64,000 bases of DNA, taken from assembly GCF_009914755.1 (NCBI RefSeq), contig NC_060937.1; one strand, given 5' to 3'. This stretch comes from the human T2T-CHM13v2.0 reference genome, Homo sapiens. The notes under the pieces are model-generated. The model made no database searches. It worked only from the letters and a program-made list of their open reading frames with translations, and was not told where the DNA came from. The translations under genes were made by a program, and so were the position numbers. Position 1 is the first letter of the stretch; each line of letters opens with the position of its first letter. Of this stretch, positions 16,597-31,560 are shown one piece after another.

Positions 16597-17259
16597 GTAA
16601 GCCGATGCCTCCCTTCACACTTTTCTATGTGAAGTGTGACACTATATTAACAGATTTTTAGACAGAATCCTTTCTTGGAACAAAACTTTAAGGAAATTCC
16701 ATTACGTGTAATAATTCTGCAGACCGGTTAACAGTAGAGCCACTCTGGTGGAAGAGACATCCAGCTGACACCCCATCCCTGTTTTAACACCCATATAGAG
16801 CATGGAAGTTAGGTCTTAATAATCACACTAGTTCTCAATGAGTTTTATTAAAATTCAGCGTCAAGATTCTAAGCCTAGAATGTTTTTTCCCTGAATTTTG
16901 TTGTTTGTAATAGTCTTTGCCCTTTGAAAAAGAAAAAAATAGTCTTGCTCCATAGTAAAGCTGAGTGGAAAGAGATGGAGAAGCCACTTTCCTCTCTAGC
17001 CTCTGCTCGACAGACCCTCTCCAGGCAGGGCTGCGGCTGGCCCTCTCTACACGTGGCGCCAGGTAGACGTGGAGGCAGTGCAGTCTGCCGAGGGGAGGAA
17101 GCCGGGCTCTGGCTTTTTTTGCTTAGAAACTCCTGTTCCCCATTTTGTAAATGGTTTGTATTCATTCCTGGAAAATGTATTTAAGAACATATAGCCCTGC
17201 CCCTGAAAGAGCCGTTTGTAATATCTTAGTGTTGAGAGAACTTATCAGGTGGTTGCTGT

Positions 17260-18016
<757 letters not shown>

Positions 18017-18300
18017 TAAATACCAGTTAAATAACTTCAGTGTAGAAAATCATACGTAAGTCTTTTCCAGGAACTGTCAGCAGAGATTACTTGGGCAAAA
18101 GGTAAAAAGAGTTCTGTGGTTGAAAAATGCCAGGTGACACGAGCTTTGAGAGGGCCAGCCTCCTCTGAGCCTCCAGGCAGAGTGGGTGATGCCTGTCTGA
18201 CCAGGCCCAGCTCAGGGGCCTGCTTCCATCTGGTGTTGAGTGTTCCTCTGGGGACTGAAGGTTGCCTTTGAAGTAATTCACACACATCTCCCATTTTCAG

Positions 18301-18428
18301 GCTCTGGCATCCTGCTGTTTATCTTCCATGCAAACTTTTTGGGTAAAGAAGTTATTGCTCGGCTCTGTGGACCGTGTAGTGTACAAGCTGTAGTTCTGAA
18401 TGATAAATTTCAGCTTCCTGTTTTTCTG
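18301..18428 (+). CDS. MPHOSPH8: MPHOSPH8 coding exon (GSGILLFIFHANFLGKEVIARLCGPCSVQAVVLNDKFQLPVFL)
   Basis: ttttcAG acceptor and GTaaga donor; 128 nt, phase 1-0. Overlaps track ORF 18240..18455. Confidence 0.94.
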
Positions 18429-18885
18429 GTAAGATACTCTGTATTTCACTACTGAAAAGTACATTCTTCTAATCAAAAGCACAGATGACTTAATTTTAAA
18501 TTCCTGTGTCTTAATAAAATATAAGCATTCAGAAAACGATCCAGTAATAGTGGTTGGGAATGAGGCAATACCCATAAAGTAAAATTATCCTAAGTTTTGT
18601 CAGTAGGAATTTTTCCTGCTTATTTTTTGCCTTAAATTGTGCTCACCATACTGTCTTAGGGCCAGCATTGTTCTGAATATAAATACTTAATGATCTCAAA
18701 GATTCTTTGTACATAATTACTTTGCCACTGTTAGAATTATTTCCTTGGACTGAATTAAGCAAAATTTGCTAGATATAGACATTTTAACACTTGTACTGTA
18801 TATTGCTGGGGGCATTCTAATCCAGTTTCCCAGATTGATTCTGTCATTTGTATATTTTTAATAAATCAAGGGAAAAATAAATCAC

Positions 18886-19144
18886 TTTTTTTTTTTTTTT
18901 GAAGACAGGGTCTCGCTCTGTTGTCCAGGCTGGAGTGCAGTGGCGCGGATTACAGCTCACTGGAGTCTTGACTTCCCAGGCACAAGCAATCCTCCCACCT
19001 CAGCCTCCTAACTACCTGGGACTAAAAATGCACGCCACCACATCCGGCTAATTTTTTGTATTTTTTGTAGAGATGGGGTTTCACCATGTTGGCCAGGCTG
19101 GTCTCAAACTTCTGGGCTCAAGCGATTGTCCGCCTTGGCCTCCT
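18886..19144 (-). mobile_element. Alu (J-like)
   Basis: Leading T-tract and Alu arms. Confidence 0.9.
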
Positions 19145-19270
19145 CCACAACATCTTGACTTATGAAATAAAAAATAAAACTTATTTATGATTCTTTTACA
19201 TCATTGGTGTTTTAAGGGCTTCTGGTGTAAGTTTGAAAACACTGACTTTTTTTTTCTCTTTCCATTGTAG

Positions 19271-19354
19271 GACAGTCATTTTGTTTACTCATTCAGCCCT
19301 GTTGCAGGTCCCAATAAACTCTTCATAAGGTTGACAGAAGCACCCTCTGCCAAG
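19271..19354 (+). CDS. MPHOSPH8: MPHOSPH8 penultimate coding exon (DSHFVYSFSPVAGPNKLFIRLTEAPSAK)
   Basis: Strong polypyrimidine tract plus gtAG, AAG/GTgaca donor; 84 nt, phase 0-0. Confidence 0.93.
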
Positions 19355-19898
19355 GTGACAGTCCTTTCTTCACATTTAGTGTCACTACTCAAGTTGTTGC
19401 TCCAGATTACTTTATCAACATTAGAAAAAAAATTCCAAGAATCCTGGTGTACCTGTCCTAGAGACAGGCACTCCCTGGGGTAGTGATGCTAGGTGCACCC
19501 TCTCTCAGTTTACAATGTGTTAGACATAATAATGCGGCAGGAAAAGAACTAGGTTGCAGCTGAGAAAGATGCCTCTCTAGAGGATGGAGCCATCTGAATC
19601 ATGATCTAGGCCTTGGTATGGAGTTGCCAAATGTATGTCTTTAGGCCGGTCCCTAACCTCTCTTGTATGAAAGGAAGCTGGACAAAATAGTCTCTCTAAT
19701 AAAACAGTAATATAAAATTATAAGCACTTGGAATTATTTCTTGAATTAAAATGGCAATGATCTAACAATGTAAATTGATAAGCAACTTGAAAATATTGCC
19801 AAATAATAGAAGCAAATCTTGGCCATTTGTGGGTTTTTTCTTGTAAGAAAGGGGAAATCTGGATCTGTACTGACACCTGCGTTCTTTTCTTTCAACAG

Positions 19899-19940
19899 GT
19901 TAAGTTGCTAATAGGTGCATACAGAGTGCAGCTGCAGTGA
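19899..19940 (+). CDS. MPHOSPH8: MPHOSPH8 last coding segment (VKLLIGAYRVQLQ*)
   Basis: ttctttcaacAG acceptor; in-frame TGA at 19938-19940. Matches the recalled MPP8 C-terminus. Confidence 0.93.
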   Translation, partial: VKLLIGAYRVQLQ

Positions 19941-20184
19941 CCAAACAGAAGGGACTGGGCGGAGTTCTCTTCAGACCGATTCCTATACTCTCTTTGACAG
20001 CAGTTTGGAATTCTTCTAGCACATCTATGTAAAGTTTTGTCTGTAAACCTCTTGCAGTTAAGCCTGTTGTCTGTTGTAGTCTGTAAGATGCGACATAGCT
20101 GTGTCTGTGCCAGTATGCCGGAATCTCAGTGCAGTGTCCAGACTGCGTATTTCAGTTTTTCCACAATGTGGATAGTACATATGA

Positions 20185-20507
<323 letters not shown>

Positions 20508-20654
20508 AAGAGTTATTTTCTTAACTTGAAATTTTCTACTAGCCCTGGTGAACTTCTGTGCTTAAAAAAAAAAAAAAAAAAAAGGAAAAATTCAGCTCTA
20601 AAACATTTGCTTACAGCAAGGGAGCCATGTTATATTCAAGTTACCCAAGCACCA

Positions 20655-20660
20655 AATAAA
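20655..20660 (+). terminator. Candidate proximal polyadenylation signal of MPHOSPH8
   Basis: AATAAA followed by gtgtgggtttg. Confidence 0.55.
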
Positions 20661-20885
20661 GTGTGGGTTTGCTGCCCTTGAAAGGGTTGGGAGGCCTGAT
20701 CTTTTTCTAGTAGACAGTTGCCACACATTCCCCAAGCACAAAAGGTGGAGATGGCAGTCACTTTGTAAATATGCTGTAGTCACTTATCATCTTTTCAAAG
20801 GGTAACAAGAGAATCTAAGATGTAGTAAGAATGTAAACCAGTACACTATGAGACCTAAAAGAGAGTATTAAATGTGAACTTTTAG

Positions 20886-21134
20886 CAGAGCGTGGTGGCT
20901 CACACCTATAATCCCAGCGCTTTGGAGGCTGAGGTTGGAGGATTGCTTAAGTCCAGGAGTTCAAGACCAGCCTGGGTAACATGGGGTGGAACAAGCCTGT
21001 AGTCCCAGATACTCAGGAGGCTGAGGTGAAAGGATTGCTTGAGCCAGGGAGGTCAAGGCTGCAGTGAGCCGTGAAAGGCCACTGCACTCCAGCCTGGGTG
21101 ACAGAATGAGACCTTGTCTCAAAAAAAAAAAAAA
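20886..21134 (+). mobile_element. Sense Alu (J-like, central linker deleted) in the MPHOSPH8 3'UTR
   Basis: gtggtggctcacacctataatcccagc...ggtaacatgg|ggtgg...cctgtagtcccag, then A tail. Confidence 0.92.
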
Positions 21135-21488
21135 GTTTCTTGGAACCTATACGGTTTTTTTTTGTTTTTTTTTTTTGAAAAGCCAGACCTTGTGCCCTTG
21201 TTTTGAACACCGACTGGGAAGATGGGGCTTAGGTAACAGCCAAACCTGGCTGTCAGCTGTGTGGGAGCCACCACCCTCTCTGGGAAGAGTTCCTGCTTCT
21301 GTATGGCAAGCATAAATCAAGCTCAGTCTGGGTTATGGAGAAGTTGAAAATTGTTTTGTTCCTCATTAGTTTATAATTGTATGAAATACGATTTTAATGA
21401 AAACTTTTCAGAATTCACGTTTGTGTAGATATTTCAGAGAACCATTTTTACTTTACATCCTAAAACTGCCTTTTCCTATGGTTTTGTC

Positions 21489-21494
21489 AATAAA
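21489..21494 (+). terminator. Candidate distal polyadenylation signal of MPHOSPH8
   Basis: AATAAA with downstream tgttggtctgtttcctttt. Confidence 0.7.
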
Positions 21495-22809
21495 ACACTA
21501 TGATGTTGGTCTGTTTCCTTTTATATCTCAAGTCTCAAAACTTTAAAAGACAGTAGATATTTGTGGTTTTCTAGCTAAATGAGGGCCAAGATTGGACTTT
21601 TTCAACTAAATTGAATCATGTAGTATATCTGATTTCATAGCTTTCTGGGGGAAAAGGGAGGATTTGAATTAGCAGCAGTGCAGGTCAGGAGCAGTAAAGA
21701 AGACAGTAGGAGGAGTCCAACTATAGATGTGAATGAACAGCCTCAGAGGAACACATGAGAAGGTGACCTGCTGTTTATCAGGAAGGCGGGGCTTTCTCTC
21801 TAAGATACAAACCAAATAGGAATCGTCAAATAGTTCAAATTATCCGGGGGAAAAAGCCTGAGCAATGATCCCTCTGGAAAACAAAGCAGTTCTCAGGCAG
21901 CACCTTACCAAAAGGTTTATTATAACATTTAGAAGTACAGGTCAAGGCCCAGGGCAATGTTGTGTAGTGCAGTTCAAGTGTACGCAGCACAGCTTATGTG
22001 ACTGAGGACACAGACCTAGTCATGTCCGGATCTCCTAGTCTTTTCCCCTGGAAAGCTACGAAGTCAGATGATATGGTACTAGTACATGATTCAGTTCGTG
22101 GCCTAGGACATAGGTGATCTCAGGACTAAGATCACCACAGATGGGATGCATGGCTGTGGCCAGACTCGCATCATGGCCTCTGCCATTATTCCTTTCCACT
22201 GTCTACTTGGGTAAGGACAACATAACTTGGCTATTCAATTAACTTACCAGCGGCAGCACTCAAATCTAGTTGACTGTAATGGCTGTAGCAGAAAGTACAT
22301 TCCACGTCCTTTTGTCTGTTCTGCCAAAATAAATAGGGATTCTGATAATGTTGAATAACTACAATTAGATATGAGGAGTTTGGTTTCAGTCCAGAAATAG
22401 AAAAACTATTCCATTTTTATACACTATCCTCGCAAGTAAATCCTGTATTGATTCTTAAATGTGGAGAATCTTACTCAGTAGAATGATCAGGAGAGTCTAT
22501 TTGAAGCTCAGGTGCTACTTCTGAGTGAGTTCCGCTTGTACTGCATTGTATGCATTATACTGGGTAGCTTTGAAAGTGAAGCACCCTCCCAAACGAAGCT
22601 GACTGTTTGTTTGTTAATGAGAATATACTAGTGCTGGCCAGGCTTATAAGGCACTCAGCATGTGAACCAGGGGCCTGATGAAGCACACACCATGAAAGGC
22701 TGGATTGGATGCCCAGAATGAAAACAGTGGAGCTCAAGGAGGATGATTAGCAAAACAAGGAAAAGCAGGAGACATAGAGCAGACTATGAAAAACCTGGGT
22801 CACAAAATG

Positions 22810-23729
22810 ACAAAGGCTAAAGAAGTTCGAAATGTTTAATATTTCATGCAGTTAACATGCTTCAAAGCTTTAAGTCTGAAGTTTTAGACTTATCCCAAAT
22901 CCTTGCTAAGAAGTCAAGACCACTATGGAATTCACACTGCTTTCTATAGACTTCCACTGACTTGCAGCTAATGGTCCTTACACAGCAAAGTTGGGATTTC
23001 TAGACGTCTCCTTCCAGGTTCGGAAAAGCCTCACTAGGCAAGTGGCAAGACTGTGAAGACAATGAAGGTTCAGAATTCAGTCAAATGGAAACAAGATCAG
23101 GAAACAAGATCAAGGACTCATCTGTCCGCCTGGCACCACTTTAGTTTTGAAGGTGACGCCACCACGCATCCCCGCAGCACACACTCCTTCCTGTGCCGAC
23201 TCCCGCTATTTGCTTGCCTGAGCCAGTTCATGTTTCAGTAAGAACGATTTTTCTCCCAACAGTGCCAGTTTTCTTATTCCCAATTTTGAGAGTTGACCCA
23301 AAATTGTGGGCTATGAGGGATGGTTTTTAAAACTCCTCTAATGGTTTCCAGGCACAGAGCGTTGAAAAGGAGGGATTTCTTGGCTATTCTGAATTTGTGC
23401 ATTGCTGCCATACTACTTCCCAACACGAACCAGCAAGACCACCACACCAAGGAGTGGGTAACATCTTGATTTAATTTACAAATAAAAAGCCAAAACCCTC
23501 AATGCAAAGGAAAACTGCAGTTTACACTTATTCTGGAGATCATTTTTAACCACAGAAAATGTGCCCCTGTAGCATGTTTTTAAATGGCAAGTGCTATGAT
23601 TGCCCAGACATCCATAAACTGCTTGTATGGAAATTCATAAATGAAGAAATTCATAAATGAAGAAAGATTTGTTTTCTGTCTTGTTTCTCCTAGGTCACGA
23701 ACAGGATATTTCCCACAAAATGTTTTGAC
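22810..23729 (-). other. PSPC1: Putative distal non-coding terminal exon of PSPC1
   Basis: Strong acceptor ctctgtctcttttccAG|GTCAAAAC at 23730-23731; minus-strand ATTAAA at 23470-23475 and 22835-22840. The 3' end is inferred. Confidence 0.6.
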
Positions 23730-25028
23730 CTGGAAAAGAGACAGAGTCTTCACTAGTAAACAGGATCTAATCTCCATAGTATATTTTTCTAAAGAAACAA
23801 GAGCTTTCAGTCCTAAAGTAATTTGCTAGACTAGAATCACTGACCAGCAGACCTAAATTCAAGCTTCAATATTAAGATTGTTGATGGAGGAAACTGTCAT
23901 GGAAATGGCAATTTCTTAACTCTTTATAATAAAAGCAGATTCAATGTCACAAGAATTAAATATTTGGCCTTTTAATAATTTTACTTTCTTTACATGTTTC
24001 TGGAGTGAACCTCGGTTACTTTTCACTGACTTTGTTAGAAAGCAAAATCTATAAAAGGAGTTACTTTAACTGAAGTAACAGTATTCACATATTTTAACCA
24101 AAATTTTAAAATCCTAAAGTTCCAATGACAAATCTACCTGATAAGCTTATAGAATCTCTCTCCCCTTCTCTCTTTGAAGGCCACAGAATGCCACAGGCTT
24201 GATCTATGCCACAGACAGCTTATGTACACAATTTTTTTTCCTTTCCCATATATTTCCTTACCCATATATGAGATTCGTTCTTTGGATTTTCAGATACCTA
24301 CATAATACAGCAATTTAAAAGTTTAACTTCAATAAAATCTCCATAGACTAGAAAATTATTCTCTAGTTTCCATCCTCAAAATTTCTGTTGCATAGGCTGA
24401 GGGTGTGGCTTGAGAATGTGCATTCTGAAGCTCCCAGATGGCGATGCTGCTGGTCTAGGCCTGAGAACCAAAGCCTGAGATTTAACTTTCTAGAGCTGGG
24501 TACAGTATGCAAAACAGCTGTCACATTTTTGTGCTGCATGAGGTGTCAGATACTTTGAAAAGGTATAATTTCTCAAAACTACAGAATACATCAGTGCATC
24601 TCAAACCAAGTGCACACAAATCCTAGAAAGAAACGTCTTCATTAGTACACAGGACCTAATCTTCACAGTTAAAACGGACTTTTTGACTTGCAGGACTCTG
24701 TGTCCTGTGTGGGAGACACTTCATTTCCAAGAAGCTCTCAGGCAACACTGTCACTCCTAGTCCCCAGAACCACTTGTAGCAGCAAGAATAAGACACAATA
24801 ATGTTTAGTATCACCAGACAAAAGCTAGAAAAGACATACACTTAATACTTTCTGGATCTATTAGGATGACAATGTACCCATGGGAATTTTGTCATAAAGA
24901 CTGCATTAATGTTTCAATAATATTTTAAGAGTGACATAACAAAAGAACCGAAAAATTGTGACCCCTCTCCGAAAAAGTAAAAAGCAGAGGAGGAGGAATG
25001 GATCCATTTTTAAGATTACATATTTTCT

Positions 25029-25388
<360 letters not shown>

Positions 25389-25875
25389 TCAACAGGAAAT
25401 TTTTTTACAAAGACCTTTTTTTTCTCTCTCCTCACTCCAAGACCTCTATGTCATTTCCCCTCTTAGTCATTTCCCCTCTTAGTCCAGTTTTACCTGAAGA
25501 CAAATTAATATACGCATTACACCAGTGAGGAAAGAGGAGGGCAAGGCGAAGCTGAGAGTCCCCTCTAGCCTTGCTGAGATATGATGCCAGGGTTTCCTAC
25601 GAAGACAGGCCAAGCTATAGAGGCTTCAGCTTCACCTATAAACTGTTCATAAATATTCTACTGACTCAAAACACTGGGACCATTACAAATCTTCATTACA
25701 GTCCACAGAATCAGAATCAGGAAGAATTGACTAGAAAAAACTAGGAAGAAACGAATACTCAAGGATCTGTTAGAAAATAATGAGCAGATACGGACTGACC
25801 TGAAAGGAAGTATGATTCCAGTACTTCTGGTCTTAACTCTTCTGAATTACACTGCAAGCTGAACTTCGGGTAACT

Positions 25876-25899
25876 TCAGCCACATTTTCTTTTATCACC
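25876..25899 (-). CDS. PSPC1: PSPC1 alternative (beta/short) C-terminus GDKRKCG*, in a 100-nt exon at 25800-25899
   Basis: ttcattgtatttctAG|GGT GAT AAA AGA AAA TGT GGC TGA, with CAG|GTcagt donor at 25799. Phase 0, like the 57686 acceptor. The peptide is recalled as the PSP1-beta C-terminus. Confidence 0.8.
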   Translation of the reverse strand, partial: GDKRKCG

Positions 25900-26779
25900 C
25901 TAGAAATACAATGAAATCAGATTCAGCCTTTTTAAGAACTGATTTCAATAAACAATGAGAAAAATCAGAGTTAACTCATTTAGTAAATTCATAACAGTAA
26001 TTGAGGTTTCGATACCATGTAGTGCTGCGTGCTGATTATTTCCATTCAGTAAGGATTTTCTTTTTAATTCAAAATACTCTCCATTTCCTCAAAGAACATC
26101 AACTGAATTAAAATCAGCTTCATTTTATCTTCTACAGTAAACAGTATTAAGTCCTAAATACCAAATAATTTTCAGATCTGCTAATAATTTATTAAGAATT
26201 TAATTGGCTAAGTCCCTCCTTATTTCCACAGGCCCTCTTGTACAGATTGTTGATACCTCAGCACAACACAGCTTGAAACCTTGTATTGCAAAATCCCACA
26301 AAGGATCCTCACTCCCACTGTGTCTGCAAAACCGTATTCCACTTGTACCAAGGCAGGGAATACCAATGTGTGTGTCGTGCTCCATCAGAAAAAGACTCTT
26401 ACCCTAGTAAGACCTTGATCAATGTTCTTCAAAGAGCACATACCCAAAACATTTCAATAGAGGACAGGTTTATGTGTACAGTTATCCTTATATATGTTTT
26501 ATAATATGCCTGAAATATTCATACAGTCATACACAATTGCATTTTGGGACACATAAACATACAGCTGTGTGCTCAATTTTCAACTGTTGGGGGTCCATGA
26601 TCCAAAAATATTGGAAATCATTACCCTAGATCAGTGTTGTTAAAACCCATTTGGGACTCAATTTGCCTGAGAATTGGATGAAGCCCAAAACTGTCCCCCC
26701 AGAAAGTATATGTGAAATATGTATGCAGAAACTGTAGACAAGACTGCCTGCAAGTAAAGGGGATCCACAGATACCCTAA

Positions 26780-27129
<350 letters not shown>

Positions 27130-27249
27130 TGTAAGTATTTTTTAAAACAAGGCATGGCATAAATGAACAAAAAATTATTTTTTATATATTTCCACCAGCA
27201 ATTGGCATTCTATCTACTCTTGTATGCAAGCTCTGAATTTATAGACTCT

Positions 27250-27852
<603 letters not shown>

Positions 27853-28049
27853 TTTATGCCTTTGGTACAGTAAAGGCTGACAATAAAAATAAACAGAACC
27901 ATAAACCAAACTGGACAACAGTGTCACTTAATCCTTCTCAATAACATCAGGATTACTAAAAACTTTAAGCATTCTCAGCTTCTCAAATATGTGAATACTC
28001 AATTTATAAACCATTACTAAAACCTAGAAAAGTAATTTCCAGAATTTAG

Positions 28050-28397
<348 letters not shown>

Positions 28398-29011
28398 TAA
28401 TTTTTAAAAGGGTCATTTTTTCTTATTACTTCTATTCAATATTTGAAAAATTACTAGAGTTCTGTTTAAACTGGTCTTACAAAAAAAGTGACAAGGCTGA
28501 TTGTACATTGCATTGTAATCAACCCTAATAAAACCATCACAATGAGCTACTACACATCTATTCAATGATACTCATAATTTGGATTTCAAAATATGCGAAG
28601 TCCTAGAAAGCTAAGACAAAGACAGCACTTAATACTTCCTCATTCTGAAGAACAGCATCTCCATCAAAGTGATACTGCCTAATATGAAAAAAAAACCAAT
28701 AATCAAATTAAAAGAAAAGGTCTCCCTTAAGTGAAATCCTAAAAGTATAACTGTAACAACTATATGACACCATCTTGAACACAGGTGGTCTGTCTTTAAT
28801 TTCAGAATAAAATTGGGTCACTAAGAACTACCCACACATTAACGGGGGATTTTATCCTCATGCCAAAACATTTAAACAAAAGCGAGTGAAAAAGGCCCCT
28901 CTAACCACCTCCTAAGATTGAATGGAGACATTTTTCACATAGTCAGAAATGTAAACAGTCAATACCACACATACTTTTCTATGACTTAAAGAATAAAACA
29001 TTAAAATACAA

Positions 29012-29310
29012 GGCCGGGCACGGTGGCTCATGCCTGTAATCCCAGCACTTTGGGAAGCTGACACAGGAGGACTGCTTGAGGTCAAGAGTTTGAGACCAGC
29101 GTGGGCAACATAGCAAGATGACTCTACAAAAAATGTAAAAATTAGCTGAGTGCGGTGGCACACACAGGTCGTCCTGGCTACTTGGGAGGCTGAGATGGGA
29201 GAATCACTTGAGCCCAGGAGCTCAAGGCTGCAGTGAGCTATGATCAAGCCACTGCACTCCAGCCTGGGTGACAGAGTGACACTCTATCTCTAAAAAAGAA
29301 TAAAATAAAA
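29012..29310 (+). mobile_element. Alu (J-like)
   Basis: Full dimer. Confidence 0.92.
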
Positions 29311-30589
29311 TGTAAAGATATTTTTAAATACAGAAGCCCCATTCTTTTGAGAATGGTAAACTATGTGATAATGGATGTAACATTCTCCCAGCCTTTGAGT
29401 AAAAGAAGATACTCTTTTCCCTGAAGACACAAGATCTACTATTATTCATGTATTACATGTTATATATTATGTAATATATAAATTATATATAATAGAAGTA
29501 AGTCCTAAGGAATGAATGTATAAAATACACATAATATATGATCTAATGAGCATGGAAGCTGAGCTGTTCAAATTACAACATACGAATTGTAAAACTTGAA
29601 GAAACAGGATTTTAACAATGGCATATGTTGAAAGATGCCTAAAAGGCAAGGATTTCCTGTGAGGCAGACACCTGTTGTGCTGAGCCACAGGGACCAGCAT
29701 TCTTTTAACCAGATGTTCACTGTTCAACAGCAGGGTTTCCTTTCGGAGAAAGGTATGCTCTGAAGTCTGCAGATTTTGGTGGGGTAGGGATTTCCATGTT
29801 ATCTAACATAACCACCAGAGAAATCTTATACCGAGGAGTGTTTACAACTGAATATGATCCTTTGCCTTCATGACAAAGGCACAGACCACAACACTGGCTG
29901 CTACAGCAATAAAGAAACTAAATGCTATTACAAGCAATTCATAGCTGTCAAAATATACAGGATTACCTTTCACCAAAGCTGCTCTATTCTACTGTTAACT
30001 GTAAGATTCTCTTTAAGCAACAAAGAATGTATTTTCAACAGACAGTATAAAGAAATAGTGAAGACTCAGTGAATGATATAGCAAAAGAATAAGGCAAAAA
30101 ATTCAAAAGCCAACATTTTCCAAGAAAACTTGAGAAAATGACTATGAAAGCAACAAACATGAAAGAACTTGACAACAGATCCACAAGGTCAAACTAATTT
30201 TGATGTAATATAACCTCAATAGATGAACAAATTATTTAACATATTAAAATATAATTTCAGTTAATTGGACAACTAGACGATGTTTTAATAAAAAAGTTGT
30301 ATCTTTCAGCTGATATTTTGTAAGAAGCAAAAATCTGTAATATGAACATTCAATTCTGGATTCCCAATATCATCTGGCTTTTCAGAATTCTAATAAAGCT
30401 ATCTATGTTTAAACTCATTTTTACATTCACAGATTATACATAGGTCAATGAGTTTTAACATCAAATGGCAATGAAACCACAGAAGCTAGTTAAATAGCAA
30501 TATGGGTGTACGGTGATCAAAGAAAAAGCAGGAGTACTTTACAAAGCAGGTGGCTGAATGGCAAAAAAAAAAAAAAAAAAAAGCAGTAT

Positions 30590-31560
30590 ATAAAGGGTAC
30601 TCAACATCAGAAGTTATCGGAAAATGTTCACAACGTCAGGCTCACTAAAAAAAGTTATGAGGAAAAGCAAATTAAAACCACAATGAGATATATTCACTAA
30701 AATGGCTAAAATTAACATGACTGACAGTATGGAGTGTTGTCAAGGATGCGGAGGAACGGAAATCTTATACATTGTTCATGGGAAAAGAAAACAGGACAGG
30801 CACTTTAGAAAATTACTTGGCAGTTTCTAAGAAACATATTAATAGAACCTGCCCTAGACTGACAGTATGGCTCACAGGTATAATCCCAGCATTCTGGAAG
30901 GCCGAGGTGGGAGAATCACTTGAGCCCAGGAGTTCAAGACCAACCTGGGTAACATAGTGAGAGACCCTGTCTCTCACTAAAAAAAAAAAATAAATTAGCC
31001 AGATGCAGTGGCACATGCCTGTATTCCCAGCTACTCGGGAGGCTGAGACTGGAGGATGGTTTATGCCCAGAAGCTCAAGGCTGCAGTGAGCTATGATCGC
31101 ACTACTATACTCCAGCCTGGGTGACAGAGTGAGATCCTGTCTCAAAAGAAAAAAAGAAAAAGAAAGAAAGAAAGAAACTGCCCTATACTCTAAGAGTTTC
31201 TAAGAAACATAAGCTACTCTATACTTAGCAATACTGATCCTAGGAATTTTCCCCAAGAGGAATGAATGCATAATGACTTGTACAAGAGTGTTCATAGTAG
31301 CTTTATTCACAATAGCCCCAAAAATAAAAACTGCCCCAAGAGCATATCAATAGAAAACTAGACAGACAAAATGTGACATATTCATTTAAAGATATGTCAT
31401 TGAGCAGAATGAGAACCACGTACTGATAAATGCAGCAACACAGATGAATTTCAAAAACATTATGTGAAGTGGAAGAAGCCGGAGAGAAAAAAGAGTACAT
31501 ATTGTACCATTCCATTTCTATGAAATTCAAAAACAGATTTATCAACGGTGATCAATACAC
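30590..31560 (+). mobile_element. Old L1M (L1ME/MD-like) fragment interrupted by an Alu (~30857-31175)
   Basis: caaattaaaaccacaatgagata...aatggctaaaatt; agctttattcacaatagccccaaa; gcagcaacacagatgaatttcaaaaacattatg. Confidence 0.75.

Noticed and set aside
19313-19318. AATAAA inside a coding exon
   Set aside because: It encodes Asn-Lys and lies just before a 5' splice site; nothing indicates it is used.
20564-20583. 20-nt genomic A-run in the 3'UTR resembling a poly(A) tail
   Set aside because: It is genome-encoded with no upstream hexamer or evident TSD, and is a likely source of internal-priming artefacts.
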